From Azolla caroliniana (lineage: Eukaryota > Plantae > Polypodiophyta), in contig JBHGNT010000004.1 of assembly GCA_043228905.1 (NCBI GenBank), positions 6,324,001 through 6,388,000 of the forward strand: a stretch of 64,000 nucleotides of DNA, in the 5' to 3' direction. The notes beneath the pieces are model-generated. The model searched no databases. It worked only from the letters and a program-made list of their open reading frames with translations, and was not told the DNA's origin. Position numbers and translations under genes: made by a program. Numbering within the stretch: the first letter of the stretch is position 1; every line of letters begins with the position of its first letter. Below are positions 1-13,400 of this stretch, one piece after another.

Positions 1-414
1 CTGACTGACCCCGGTCTGTTCCCCCTTCGGTCTTTGCACCGGCGACGGTTCCTCATCACTAAGGTTGACCATTGCCGCCTTTCGCGCTTTTTCTTCCCGG
101 AGCTGGGACCACTCATAGCTTTCAAACTAGATTTGAGCCTCTAGCCGATCGTCGTCCAGTTGAGCTACGAGCTGCCGGACCTACACCAATTGTTCATCCG
201 CCAACTCATCCTTTATGGCGGTGAAGTCCACTGAGGTCAGCGTATAACAGTCATCGCCCTCCTTTCGCCGGTTTTCCACGTCCGCCCTAAGCAATTGGAG
301 TTCCGCCGTATTCTGCGCCCATTTCACCCACCAACGCACTGAGCTGTCGTCAATCAAGCTTTTGGTCTTAGTGAGCCATGACCGGAGGATGCACTAGATC
401 CGTTCGGCTCCCAT
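1..414 (-). pseudogene. Second degenerate accessory ORF of A, runs off the window edge
   Basis: Manual translation MGAERI*CILRSWLTKTKSLIDDSSVRWWVKWAQ...; only TAG interruptions, consistent with CAG>TAG. Confidence 0.5.
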
Positions 415-449
415 CTGTGATTTATTTTCTGCGGCTTGTCGCTCTTCCT

Positions 450-2474
450 TCAATTGCTTGATGATCCGAACCGTGTCCGCTCCTGCTCCCTATAATGCGA
501 CAATTGATTTTGATAGGTTTTTTGCAACCTCCGTAATACCATTGTTGCTCTTTCCTTGTCTTCATGGTTCTGTTTATGGAGCTCCATCCGGTCATTTGCT
601 GCTTCCTCCAATAGCCTAGAACTTTTTGCTCATTCTTTGGCGAGTGTCGTTGTGGCCCTATCAACTTCTTGCTAGAGCTCAGCCATCCATTCCTGTTGTT
701 GCTTATGCTCCGACTCCAGTTGCTTGTAGTCCCAATGCAGATGATCGAAATCATCGGTCTTTTGCTACAGCCTTTCGTTGATCTGCCGGCGCGCGCGGTC
801 CTCCCGGTCCTTCTGTTGCCAGAGCTCTTCCTTCAGCCTCTCGATTTCCGTTTCCGTCATCCATTGCAACTTGTCTTCTTCCTGCAACAATTTCTCTTTT
901 TCCTCCTTCAGCCGGTCGTAAGCATGATGTCCTTTACGCAGGTTTTCCTCTGCCCGGCGAAGGTTCTCATCAGTCTTTCTTAATTCTTCTTTGGCCGCCT
1001 TCTTCAAGTCGCGTTCACGGCTCCGTAATGCTTCTTGTGCGGCGAGCTCATCTCGTAATTCCGCAAGCTCTTGGGCATGCGCCCCATCTTTCTTCGGGAC
1101 AGTTTGTGTCTCTGGGGTCTTATTCTTCTGTACATCAACCGGAGTCACCAATGCTTGGATCTGCGTTGTGGTTAAGGCCATTTTGGCCATATCTCCTATG
1201 ATCCGATCCAAGTCTTGTTCGAGGCACCGGATCCTTGACCGGGCCGTCTCCAGTTCATCGGTTGTGACGAGCAACCGTTCCGTTTGCGCTCTTTCCTCCT
1301 CCTCTATGCATCCGACTACTCCGGCAATTTGGTCTCCTATCCACCGGAGCCATTGGCTGCCGGTGCACTGTTGTTGCGCTTGCACGGAGAGTTGGCTGAT
1401 GGGTTCACTCGCCGGTGCCTGGTCCCGCCTTACTGCGTTGAGCTGCGCTTCTGGTTCTGCCAGCTGACTACTTTGTCGTTCCGGCTCTGAGTGTGTTTCG
1501 CTTAGTCGCCCCTTGTCTGCTTGTTCTTGGCCGGCTGGGAAGGTTGGCCTTTGTATATCCGGCTCTTGAGTTACGGGGCTTGCCGGTGCTGCTTGTTGTG
1601 CAGGGACTTCTGGTACCTCCCTTGGCGTGGGATGCTCAACGTGAGTTGCAGGCGTTCCATCCTTCTGTGGGTCCGAACGCTTCCCGGCTGATTCAACAGT
1701 GCTCTTCACCGGCCACCGTTGGAGGTGCTCCATGGGTTCTTCCTCCATTTCTTCGGCCTGAGTCCCAGCATTCATTCTTGCCGCCAGGGTGTTTGTTTCC
1801 TGTTGCATCAGTCGGTGGAGTGGGCTCTTCAGGGGCTGTGTTGGTGTCTCCTCACTTGCATCCGTCGGCCGCTTCCGGCTGGCGCGCTCCTTCGCTGCCT
1901 TCTCTGCGTCGGCAATCTTCCCCTTAGTGGCCTTGGAGGCCAACTGTTGTTGCCGTTTCGAAGTAGGTTTCGGGGTGCCGTCTGTTGCTCTTCCCCGCTT
2001 CTTTGTTTGGACGGGCTCGACCGGTGGTGCCAACAAGGTGAGCCATTGTGTCACCGCATGCCATATTTTCCGGCCTTCCTTGCCGTCCTTTCCTCTTACT
2101 ATATCAATCGTCGTACACAGCCCGTCGGCGATCAGCACCGGCCAATCTACCTTGGCCCCTTCATACGTTGCGATGATCAAGCCTGCTCGGTTCTGAGGTA
2201 TGACGGGGGGTCGAGGGTACACGTGGCCGAACTCATGGAGCACCCGGGCAATTTCGCGGAATAGCATATCTTCGCCGCCCTATGTCCTGTAGCCCTTGCT
2301 GGCTAGAGAGTACTCACCGAAGTATTTGATGAGTTGCTCGGAGGTAGGATTGTCGATCGTGTAGATGCCTCCCTCCGGAACGCCTATTAACGCACGGATC
2401 GCCTCCTCCGTGATCACCTCTGTGTCGATTTCTTTTATAATCTTTTCGGCCTCCTTGTGTGGCACCGCCTCCAT
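450..2474 (-). pseudogene. Accessory ORF 3' of pol in A: globular N-terminus, P/E/Q-rich linker, coiled-coil C-terminus
   Basis: ORFs 2280-2474 and 765-2267 are in the same frame, split by TAG; E/K/Q-rich coding continues with stops to about 450. Confidence 0.7.
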
Positions 2475-2975
2475 GATCGTTAAGAAACCCTCCAGACCGT
2501 GCTATCGTAACCATTTCTTGGCGGCTTCAGACAGCGTTTGGCAGTCCATCTCTGCGTCGAGGTCGGAGAGCGTTGGCGAGGTTTGATGGTGGGGAGTGTG
2601 AGAGAGAAAGTTCTGAGGGAGGGGGTTCTCTGTGTGCCAAATCTCTACGATTGATCTTCACGCGTTGCTCTGCGTCTATTCTCCTTGGTTCGCGATAGGA
2701 GAAGGTCTCGATGCGTGGGGGTTTTTCTCTCTGCATCTTGGCACCTTTTTCGAACCTCTGCATGTGTAGGTCGTGTACTATAATAGCATTGCGTGCCATG
2801 TGGCGGTGGTTTAATGTCCTATTCATAGCTCCTCGTACCTTTTCGACGTGCCTCTTTACTCCTCGTGTGCATGGCCATTTCCACCACTCCTTTCCATGAT
2901 TTATTTGATTTGCTCCTCTATTCTCTTTTTCTTTTTTTTTTTCTAACTTGTGTGGTTAGTTTTTCTCCGGTCCTG

Positions 2976-5493
2976 TCAGACCTTTGCCTGAAATGTGCAA
3001 CTTCCTGGCCTCTTGACAGTTTGCCGTCGTTTTGCTCTCCTCAGTTGCCGGCTCATGCTCCTCCTTACTGGCTTGGTGGTAGCCGTTATGGTTCGCCTGC
3101 CGGCGTCTGATTCGGTAGCGGCCTTTCGTTCAAATGGGTTCTTAGGCATAGGTCCTTTGTATGGTTTTAGTCTAAATCCGTTGACCCATTTGCCTAGCAC
3201 TTCTCCGGCAAGTGTCCCCAACTGGTAGGACCCATTGAACTCGCGTGTGATCCAGTACAGTCCAGTCCATCTAAACCGTAGTTTACCTGGCATTTTGCCC
3301 ATCTGGGTCTAGAACACGAGTACCGGCTTGCCGGTTCCGAACATCTTTTCGTTTCCCTTTCGGTGCCGATCTACAAATGCTTTCCGTCTCCATTGTTCCA
3401 ATTCCAGGTGCATAATGCTCGCCAATCGGTGTTCTTCCAGTTCACACAGAGCCTTTAACCGAATTGCCTCCGATTCCTTTTCGTTCAATCGTTCCCGAAT
3501 TTGAATCCGTAAGCTTGGTACCTAGAACTCGACCGACATGACTGCCTCCAATCCGAATTCTAACCAGAACGGTGTTGTTCGGATGCTTGTTTTGTACGAT
3601 GTCCGGTAAGCCCAGAGCACACTGTGCAGCTTCGTATCCTAATCTGTCCGATTTTCATTGACGATCTTCCGGAGGATATTCTGGAGCGTTTTGTTCGTTG
3701 ACTCAGCTAACCCATTTGTTTGCGGATAGTACGGTGTGCTTCGTTTATGTGCTACCGCATAGAACGTCGTCAAACTTTCTACCACCTATCCAAGAAAGTG
3801 CCCTCCTTGGTCACTTATCAGCTCTATGGGGCATCCGTACCGGCACCAAATGCATTCGTATAAGAATTTCGCCGTTGACGCCGCGGTGTTGTCTCGTAGG
3901 GCTTTCGCTTCCACCCACTTAGTGCAGTAATCCATCGCAACGATCACATACCGGTTGCCGGTTCTCATTGCCGGTGGTTTAAATGGCCCGATGAAATCCA
4001 GCCCCCATTTCTGGAATGGTTCTAGTGGTAGGACTAGCTGGTGTGGCATCCAAGCTTTTTCCGTTGGCTGACCCATTCGTTGGCATAGATCACACTCCTT
4101 CGCATACCGGACTGCATCTTTCAATGTGGTCGGCCACCATAGGCCACTTTGCCATACTTTCCTTGCCGTCGCATCTCCGGCATAATGGCCTCCGGCGACT
4201 CCACAGTATGCCTCCCGTAGTATTACCTCCTTCTCGTCGCTGCGCACCGCTCGTCACCAAATACCGTCCGCACCTTTGTGGTATAGCGTGTCCTGTAATA
4301 AACAGAAGTGTCGGCTCTGTACCGCCAGGCGTTTTCTCTCGTCCCGGTTCATCTCCTCCGGAGGCAATCCGGTACTCAGAAACTGGTGCATATTAGTTAG
4401 CCACTTATCTTCTTGTGCCACCGTTTCATCTGTTGCCGTTTCCGTGGTGACTCGAAAAAGTTCTGCATCCGGAAACTCGTTCGGTACTCCGTCACCTATC
4501 TCCCCGGAATCTAACCGGCTTAGATAATCTGCTACCGAATGCTGTATGCCGGGTCGGTGGAATATCTCGAATTCGAACTCTTGCAACAACAAAGTCCACC
4601 GGGCCAACTTACCGGTAAGTGATGCTTTGGATACTGGGTAGAGGAGTGCCGAATGATCTACATGGAAGGAGAACTTTCTTCCCAATAAATAATGCCTGAA
4701 TTTTGTTACACTGTAGATCATTCCTAAAGCTTCCCTTTCCGTGGTAGAATAATTTCGTTCCGCTTGAGATAGCTTCTGGCTGGCATAGTACATTGGCCGG
4801 TACCACCTTGGCTCGGTAAGCTGCATGGGCGCGGTGCCGATTGCGATATCGGAAGCGTCCACGAACACATGAAATTCTTTACTCCAATCCAGAGGCTGCA
4901 CTACCGGTGCTTGTGACAATAACACCTTTAGTGCCCGTTACGCCTTGTCTTCGATGTCAGTCCATTGGAACGGTGTTCGATGTAATGCCGCATGCATAGG
5001 TGTAGCCAGGTCTGCCAAATATCGGAGCATACAGCTATGCCAGCGGATTTGTCCTAGGAAACGGCTCAATGCCTTTGTCGTTGCCGGTGCCGGTGCTTCC
5101 AGGATTGCTTTCACTTTGTCCGGATCTACGACAATGCCTTCCTTGCTCACTATATGCCCTAGTAGCGTTCCGTTGGACACTCCAAATACACACTTCGCTG
5201 GATTCAGGCTTAGCCGGTACGCCCTACACTTCTCTAGACATAGTCTGAGATGCTGCAAATGATCTTCTTTTCTGCTATAGATGGCGAAGTCATCAAGGAA
5301 CGCCTGCATAAAAGCGGGTATGTATTCGCCAAAGATCTCCATGATGATCCGTTGGAATGTTGGTGCCGTTTTCAGCCCGAACATCATCACCACCGCAACA
5401 AACACTCTCCATTCGGTGACGAAAGCCATTTTCTCTTGATCCTCAGTGTGCATCCAGATCTGATTATACCCTCTGAATCCATCTAAGAAACGG
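2976..5493 (-). pseudogene. pol remnant of A (RT, RNase H, integrase) broken by stops and frameshifts
   Basis: ORF pieces 4938-5453, 4254-4925, 3786-4247, 2976-3302. Confidence 0.9.
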
Positions 5494-6083
5494 TGTCACG
5501 TTGTTACGCGCGTATGTGTAGAAAGGGGCGGGACCACGTGGGTCTTGGACTGAGGAGCAAGAGAGACAGAGAGACACAGAGAGACACACAGAGAGAAAGA
5601 TTCTCCGACCCGTAGAAGCGAGAAAGAGAGAAACAGAACACAACACTTAATTATAATGACAGAGATTACAAACTCCGTCGATTACAACCGACAAAGCGGC
5701 GACGGGCCCGACACGGGGACCCTACTCACGCACACTGACGACAGTCACCGACTCAAGGAAACAAAGGGGAAGGGGAGCGACTCTATTGGAAGTGCACGGG
5801 CTGTCCACGAAGCAGAGGCAACGACCTCCCGACACCCACAGGGAGCGACGGTTTGAGTCGCAGAGAGAGAGCTCCACCTTCCATTCTGCAGCAACCTCCT
5901 TCTTCCTCCTTGCGCGCGATATCCTTCTTCTCTGCCCCTCTTTCCCCTCTAATAAATGCGTGCGGCTTAGTAGTTACATCCACCAGTTCGCGTGCAAAGT
6001 ATCCAGTCACGCGTTCATCCGTATAAGGGCCGGTTTACGCGGTTTCTCTCCAATTCCACCTATGGCTGGTTTTCTTCACGACA
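5494..6083 (-). repeat. 3' LTR of B (590 bp)
   Basis: TGTC...GACA termini; purine-rich tract (minus-strand GGTTTGGTGGGGTTGGA) at 6084-6100; end similar to the G LTR end at 21990-22072. Confidence 0.85.
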
Positions 6084-8602
6084 TCCAACCCCACCAAACC
6101 GCGCATCCACCGGCATGCGCCAGAGCCGGGTAGATACCAAAGACAACCGGCCTCACTCGTTGCTCTCCGGTTCTCCGTCGGACCCGAACTGATCGTCATT
6201 GTTGCTCCCGCTCGTAGGCTCCGACTCATCTTCAAACCGCTTTATGAAAGCTTTGATCCGCTTTCCGGCCATCGGCACCGTTAACCGTGTCCCGTCGAGT
6301 TCCGCGAGGTGGTATGTGTCGTTGCCGTTTGCGCTCGTCACCATGTAGGGCCCGAACCATCTCCTAGCAAACTTTCGCACTGCCTTGTGCTGATTGTCGA
6401 GGCTACTGTCGTATACCAAGACCCAGTCGCCTTCCTCGATCCTCTTTGGTCGCAATCGGTGTGTCCGGTTGAACCGGATCTTGTTCCACTCCCTTGCCGC
6501 TCGCAGCCTTTCCTTCGCCCGTTCGAGTTGCCGAATCTGCGCCGCCAACAACTCCTCCCAGCTCATTTCGTCCTTCCAATCTACCATTGCCCACAAAGAA
6601 ACCGTCTGCTCCACCGGCATGATCATCTTTTGTCCGTACATCAGTTCTGCCGGCATGAACCCCGTCACCGAACTGTGCGTAGTCCGGTCCGCCCATAGCG
6701 TGTAAGGAAGGAGTCGCGGCCAATTCCCGACCTGCCCACCGCATGCACGCACCAACGCCTTTACAATCGGTCCGTGCCCACGTTCCACCTTTCCGTTCGC
6801 CTCCGGATTGTATGCCATGGTGAGGGAGAGTTTGACGCATAGCCGGTCGAACAGCTCCTCGGCCTCCCGCGCATCCAGCTCTCCCAAGTCCGCCACGATC
6901 TTCCCGACGCACCCGTACCGACACACTACTTCTTCGATTAGGAACCAGCATACCGCCGTGGTTGTCTTGCTTTACAGTGCACGACCTTCCACCTGGTTCG
7001 TTAAGTCTTCCCGTGCAAGCACCAGGTATCGCATCTGTCCTACCCCCATCGGCATCGTCACCAAGTCCACCATCCACTTGAAATGGACCGTAGGCGGGTA
7101 GGTCGGGTGTAGCTCGTCCCGGTGTCGGACTACAAAGTGCACCTGACAGCTTTCGCAGGTTGTTACGAACCGATGCACGTCCTGGTATAGCCCCGGCAAC
7201 CAGTACTTCTCCTTCAGCTTCTCGAATGTGGCCCACGTTCCGCGGTGTCCGGCACATGGGCTCTCGTGGAATGCCGCTAGTAGTTTCCCCTGTTCTTCTT
7301 TCTTTGCCACTACTCGGAGTGGGATGCCGCTTCTCTTCTTTGGGTGTTTCCATATGCACCCGTCCCTCAGGAAGAATCGGTACGCCTTCCTCCGTATCCG
7401 GCTCGCCTCCTCTCTCGCCCATGCTGCATCCGGCGTCATCGTCCGTAGGAACCTCCCGATTTGGAGCCACTCCCCGTCGTACCTGCTTTCGTCAAATTCG
7501 TTAAGCTCCGGAGTGTTCCCTTTCCTTCTTGTCGTTACGTTAGCCGACCCGAAGAAGTCCTCGCTGACTTCTTCGTCCTCCGAAACCATGCCATGGCGTT
7601 GTCCTTTCCGGAGATGTGCCTTATCTCCGGGTTCAGGGACTTAATGTACGCTATCCACCGGAGCATTGCTAGGTCTGGCGTTGCGCATCCGGAAACCATG
7701 CCGAGTATCGGTACGCAATCCGTCTCGATAATCACCTCCGTCCCGATCAGATAATCCTTGTTGGCCTTGACTGCTGAAACGACACCCCAAAGGTCGCGCT
7801 TAACTTGGGCGTACCCTCGCTGCCGCTCGCTCAATACCTTCACCCCGAACCGGATCGGGAATCATACGCCGCCCTTGTCCTCCTGATTGATTACCCACCC
7901 GATCTCGGTCGGGCTGGTGTCCACCGTTACGCAGAGCTGGCAATGCCGTGACCGCCTCCTTTAGTCTCCGAACTGACTCCGTGTGCTCCGTCCTCCACTC
8001 AAAGCTACGCCCCTTTTTCAATAGTCCGTAGAGGGGTTCCGCGACATGTGCGTAGTGCGGGATCCAGATGTGGTAGAACACGCATCCCCCAAGAATCTGC
8101 GGACCTCCGTGACCGACCCGCAAACGTTCCTCATCACGGAGATGGCCTCTACCTTTGCCGGAGACGGTTTTCTACCATAAGGCCCGCACAGGTGTCCGAC
8201 CACCAAGATTTCTGACTGTCCGAAGGCCAACTTTTCCCCGGAGAAGGTGAGCCTCGCGCGCTCTAGTCTCTGCAGCACCTTCTCGCAGTCATCGATGTGG
8301 GACACCACGAAAATTCGACATCCGTCCGGCCCAATTGCCTCGTCCCTTTCCTCCACCGGGCATCCCTTGATCGGGATGTCGTCTAAGAACGACATGGTGA
8401 TGTTCGGGATACAATCCCTAAGCACTTTGTGCATCGCGTTCACCATGTGAGCCACTGAGTTCGTCCCTCCTTGTGGCAGGGTACACATCCGCACTAGGCC
8501 GAGAGGAGTCCGCATTGTCGTAATGTCTCTGCTCTCCACGGCTAGTTGGAACTGATCGTACCCCGAGTACAGATCACCGACAGAATAGATCGACCTTCCA
8601 CC

Positions 8603-8939
8603 TGTTGGGATTACGGTCCCTCCGGATGGGATGGTCGGATGTCCGGGAATCAGGAATGAAGACCCGAATGAGGAGTACCCGGTATTGGAGCCGGATGATG
8701 AAGACCCGGTTCCGGAGCCGGATGATGAAGACCCCGGCTACGGAGCCGGATGACGAATGTACCCGGAGTGAGATCCGGATGCGGGGACATATTTGTGAAT
8801 ATGTTTGCCAAGGGCCCTTGAGGCTATATTTGTAAATAGCCCGAAAGTCATATGTGTATAAATATGACTTAGGGCAAACAGTTTAGTGTTGTTACTCATT
8901 TTTCTGGTTTTCCACTTAGAGAGAGAGCTAAGTGAGCAG

Positions 8940-8976
<37 letters not shown>

Positions 8977-9241
8977 GAAGAGGTCGTTGCCTCTGTGTAT
9001 TACCGCCGCCTGTGGCGAAGACAGTGAGCTCAAGGTTGTTGCCTTGTAGCTTCACCATTGTACATCTCTGATTATAGTGATAGTTGGATTCTGAGAACTC
9101 CCGTGGTTTTTCCCATTTAGGGTTTTCCACGTAAAACATCCTATGTACTCTTCTCTCTATTGTCTTCGTGCATTTTGTATTTCCTATTTTCTGTGAGTTG
9201 ATCCTATTTCTCGGTTGTGGCCGAGCACTGTGTGGTTAACA
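8603..9241 (+). repeat. 5' LTR of C (639 bp)
   Basis: TG...CA, followed by tRNA-iMet PBS. Confidence 0.95.
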
Positions 9242-10497
9242 AGTGGTATCAGAGCGACGTTAACACAGAAAATGGAAGGCGGCGGTAGTGGGCCTCCGGG
9301 CATGATGGTGTTGAACTCACAGAACTACGCCGACTGGAAGATAAAGATGGAAGACCTTCTCATCGTCCGAGACCTGTACGAACCGATCGACAATGCCGAG
9401 ATACCCAAGGGGGTAATAGAGTCGGAGTGGAAGCTCCTGAACCGGAAAGCCGTAGCGACGATCCGGCAATATGTCGATGTAAGTGTTCTGCAACATGTGG
9501 CGAACGATACGAACGCCTATGAGATGTGGCAGAAGCTGTCCGGACTGTATGAGAGGAAGAATGCTCTGACCCGGACCTCCCTGATGAGGAAGATAGTGAA
9601 TCTTAAGTACCGGGACGGCGAGAGCATGGTCGAACACGTCAGCACGTTCATGGGATTTGTGAACCAGCTTGCGGCGATCAAGTTCCCGTTGGATGACGCA
9701 ATGCAAGCCATCATGCTGATGTGTACCCTTCCGGAGAGCTGGGAGAACTTGGTAGTTACTCTCAGCACCTCCTGTAAGGAAGAGAACTTGTCATTCTAAA
9801 TGAAGAAGCGCGTCGGAGAGATAAAGAACCGGCCTCCGACTCGAAGGCGCTGCTTACCGAATAGGAACGGGGAAGACAACGGAACCGGAGTCCGCAAAGA
9901 CGGGAGAAGTCGGGGACACGATTGCAGTCGAGGGGAAGACCTACATGCTTCTACTGTGGGAAGCCGGGGCACTTCCAGAAGAACTGTCGGCATTTCCGGA
10001 AAGACAACGGAACCGAAGGTACCGATTCGAAGAAGTCACCGGAGCGAAACGGTGCATACCGGGGAGCCACGGACCGGAGAGGTCCGGATCGGCGAGGGCA
10101 GGACCGGAAAGGAATGACGGCACTCGCGGCAAGTGAAGAAGAGATAATGCTCATTACCGAAGAGAGGGAGCTGAACCTTGCCGGTGAAGAGATGACCTGG
10201 GTGGTCGATTCCGGAGCGTCGTTCCACCTGACCCCGGAGAAGAAATACTTCTCATCCTACATAGCCAGTGAGCACGGCTGTGTCCGGATGGGAAATGAAG
10301 GTACATGCCGGATTGCCGGCATAGGAGACGTGTGGCTGATGACATCAACCGGATGCAAGATGCTGCTGAAGGATGTCCGACACGTTCCGGAGGTTCGATT
10401 GAACCTGATTTCGGCCGGGAGGCTAGACGATGAAGGCTACACGGGTAGCATCCGGAACGGTGTCATGAAGTTCAGCAAAGGGAGCCTGATAGTGGCT

Positions 10498-13400
10498 TGT
10501 TGGGATCACGGTCCCTTCGGATGGGATGGTCGGATGTCGGAGATGAATGCCGACAAGCCCGGTTTCGGTTTCGGATCCGGATGACGAAGACCCCGGCTTC
10601 GGTGCCGGATGACGAATGTACCCGGAGAGCGATCCGGATGCAGGGACATATCCGTGAATATGTTCGCTATGGGCCCCTGAGGCCACAGTTGTAAATAGTC
10701 CCAAAGTCATATGTGTATAAATATGACTTAGGGCAAACAGTTTTAGAGTTGCTGCTTATTTTTTCTGTTTTTCCACTCAAGGGGAGTGAAGTGAGAGCAG
10801 CCGTGAGAGAGGGAGAGAGATAGAGTGCGAGAGACGAAGAGGTAGACGCCTCTGTGTATTTCCGCCGCCTGTGGCGAGGACAGCGAGCTCAAGGTCGTCG
10901 CCTTGCAGCTCGCCATTGTATACTTCTCTGTATAGTGTTTGGTTTGGAGTCTTGTACTCCCGTGGTTTTTCCCGTCTAGGGTTTTCCACGTTAATCCCTG
11001 TGTACTCGCGTTTTATTTTGTTTCTCCGTGTGGTTCCTATTTTCTGCTCCATTGATCCGCGATTAATCAGTTGTGGCCGGTTGAAGAAGGTGAATCCGAG
11101 CGCTGATTCCCAACAAACTGGTATCAGAGCGACTGTTGCAGAAAATGGAAGGCGGCGGCAGCGGGCAGCCGATGATGATGGTGCTGAATGCACAGAATTA
11201 CGCCGACTGGAAGATCAAGATGGAGGACCTTCTGATTGTTCGGGACCTGTACGAACCGATTGACAGGTCGGAAATACCGAAAGGGGTACTTGAGTCGGAG
11301 TGGAAGCTCCTGAACCGGAAAGCAGTAGAGACGATCCGACAATACGTCGACGTGAGCGTCCTACAACATGTGGCAAACGACACCAACGCATATGAGATGT
11401 GGAAGAAGCTGTCGGGCCTCTACGAGAGGAAGACTGCGTTGAACCGGACCTCCCTGATGAGGAAGATAGTGAATCTCAAGTACCGGGACGGCGAGAGTAT
11501 GGTGGAACACGTAAGCACGTTCATGGGATTCGTGAATCAGCTTGCGGCGATCAAGTTCCCGTTGGAGGATGCAATGCAAGCCATCATCCTGATGTGTACA
11601 TTGCCGGAAAGCTGGGAGAACTTGGTGGTGACTCTCAGCACCTCGTGCACCGAAGATAACTTGTCCTTACAAACGGTAAAGACAAGTATTCTGAATGAAG
11701 AAGCGCGTCGGAGAGATAAGGAACCGGCCTCCGACCCGAAGATGCTGTTTACCGAATCGGATCGGGGAAGACAATGGAACCGGAGTCCGCAAAGACGGGA
11801 GAAGTCGGGGACCCGGTCGCAGTCAAGAGGAAGGCCCACATGCTTCCACTGTGGGAAGCCGGGGCACTTCCGAAAGAATTGTCGGCATTACCGAAAAGAC
11901 AATGGAACCGACAACACCGATTCGAAGAAGTCACCGGAGAGAAACGGTGCATACCGGGGAGCCACGGACCGGAATGGTTCGGATCGGCGAGGACAGGACC
12001 GGAAAGGAACAACGGCACTCGCGGCAAGTGAGGAAGAAATCATGCTCATCACCGAAGAAGGTGAGCTAAACGTTGCCGGCGATGAGACGACCTGGGTGGT
12101 CGATTCCGGAGCATCGTTCCACCTGACCCCGGAGAGAAGATACTTCTCATCCTACACAGCCGGTGAGCATGGTTGTGTTCGGATGGGAAATGAAGGTACG
12201 TGCCGGATTGCCGGCATCGGAGACGTGTGGTTGACAACCCCGACCGGATGCAAAATGCTGCTGAAGGATGTCCGACACGTTCCGGAGGTTCGATTGAACC
12301 TGATTTCGGCCGGGAGGCTAGATGATGAAGGCTACACAGGTAGCATCCGGAACGGCGTAATGAAGTTCAGCAAGGGGAGCCTGATAGTGGCTCGGGCCCG
12401 GAAAGTCAACACACTGTACCTGATGAATGCCCGGTTATGTCCGGAAGAACTGAATGTGGCAGCCGACACTGCCGGTGAGCTGTGGCAAAAGAGACTGTGC
12501 CACATGAGTGAGAAGGGGATGAAGAGGCTTGCAGAAGACAACCTCATTCCAGTGAAGCATGTGCACCTGGAGAAGTGCACCGATTGCCTGGCCGGTAAAC
12601 AGAACCGAACCTCCTTCCACTCAAGGCCACCGACGAGACGTAGCGCACCATTGGAGTTGGTGCACACCGACGTGTGTCAGGTAGAAACGAAGTCACATGG
12701 CGGAGCGCAGTACTTCGTAACTTTCATAGATGATCACAGCCGAAGACTGTGGACGGCACCGTTGAAGACAAAGGACCAAGTGTTGTGCGTCTTCAAAGAA
12801 CTCCACGCGAGAGTGGAAAGGGAATCCGGCAAGAAGCTGAAAGCGATACGAGCGGATAACGGAGGGGAATACCGGGGGCAGTTCCAGGAGTACTGTTGCT
12901 CGAAGGGAATCCGGCTCGAGTTTACTGTGCCGAAGACGCCGGAACTGAACGGGCTGGCCGAGAGGATGAACCGGACCATAATGGAGAGGGTCCGGAGTAT
13001 GCTGGCGCATGCGAAATTACCCAAGGGGTTTTGGGCTGAGGCAATGTCGACGGCGACATACGTGATAAACAGATCACCCTCAGTGCCTTTGGATGGAGAC
13101 ACGCCGCAGAAAGTGTGGACCGGTAAGGAAGTGTCCTACCGGCATCTGAAGGTGTTCGGGTGTCTCGCATACGTGCATGTGGCAAAGGACCGGAGAGGAA
13201 AGCTAGATCCGAAGACCCGGCCATGCATATTCCTCGGTTACGGCGACGACGAGTTCGGCTACCGAGTATGGGACCCGGTCGACAAGAAGATATTCAGGAG
13301 TCGAGACATCATCTTCATGGAGGACAAGACACTCGCCGACTGGGAGTCGGAGAAGAAGGTAAAGAGCTCCAAGTCGACCGGTGAGGATCAACTCTACGAG

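Larger units (their letters stand above)
1..5493 (-). mobile_element. Element A: degenerate Ty3/Gypsy (Athila-like non-chromovirus) internal region, RT-RNaseH-INT plus 3' accessory ORFs; cut within RT by element B
   Basis: FLDGFRGYNQI...VMMFGLKTAP...FLDDF (RT), FVDASD..YYAS..ERNYSTTERE (RNase H), GHYAG..CDLCQ..WGLDFIGP (integrase), in Gypsy order. Confidence 0.9.

Noticed and set aside
765-2267. Host coiled-coil gene or Env
   Set aside because: Intronless, co-oriented just 3' of pol, decayed like the element, and no clear transmembrane segment
6403-7470. 355-aa overlapping ORF as a novel gene
   Set aside because: Alternative frame of a GC-rich integrase region with no recognisable motifs
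8942-8975. (GA)n and (GT)n microsatellites as independent features
   Set aside because: Ordinary components of the LTRs
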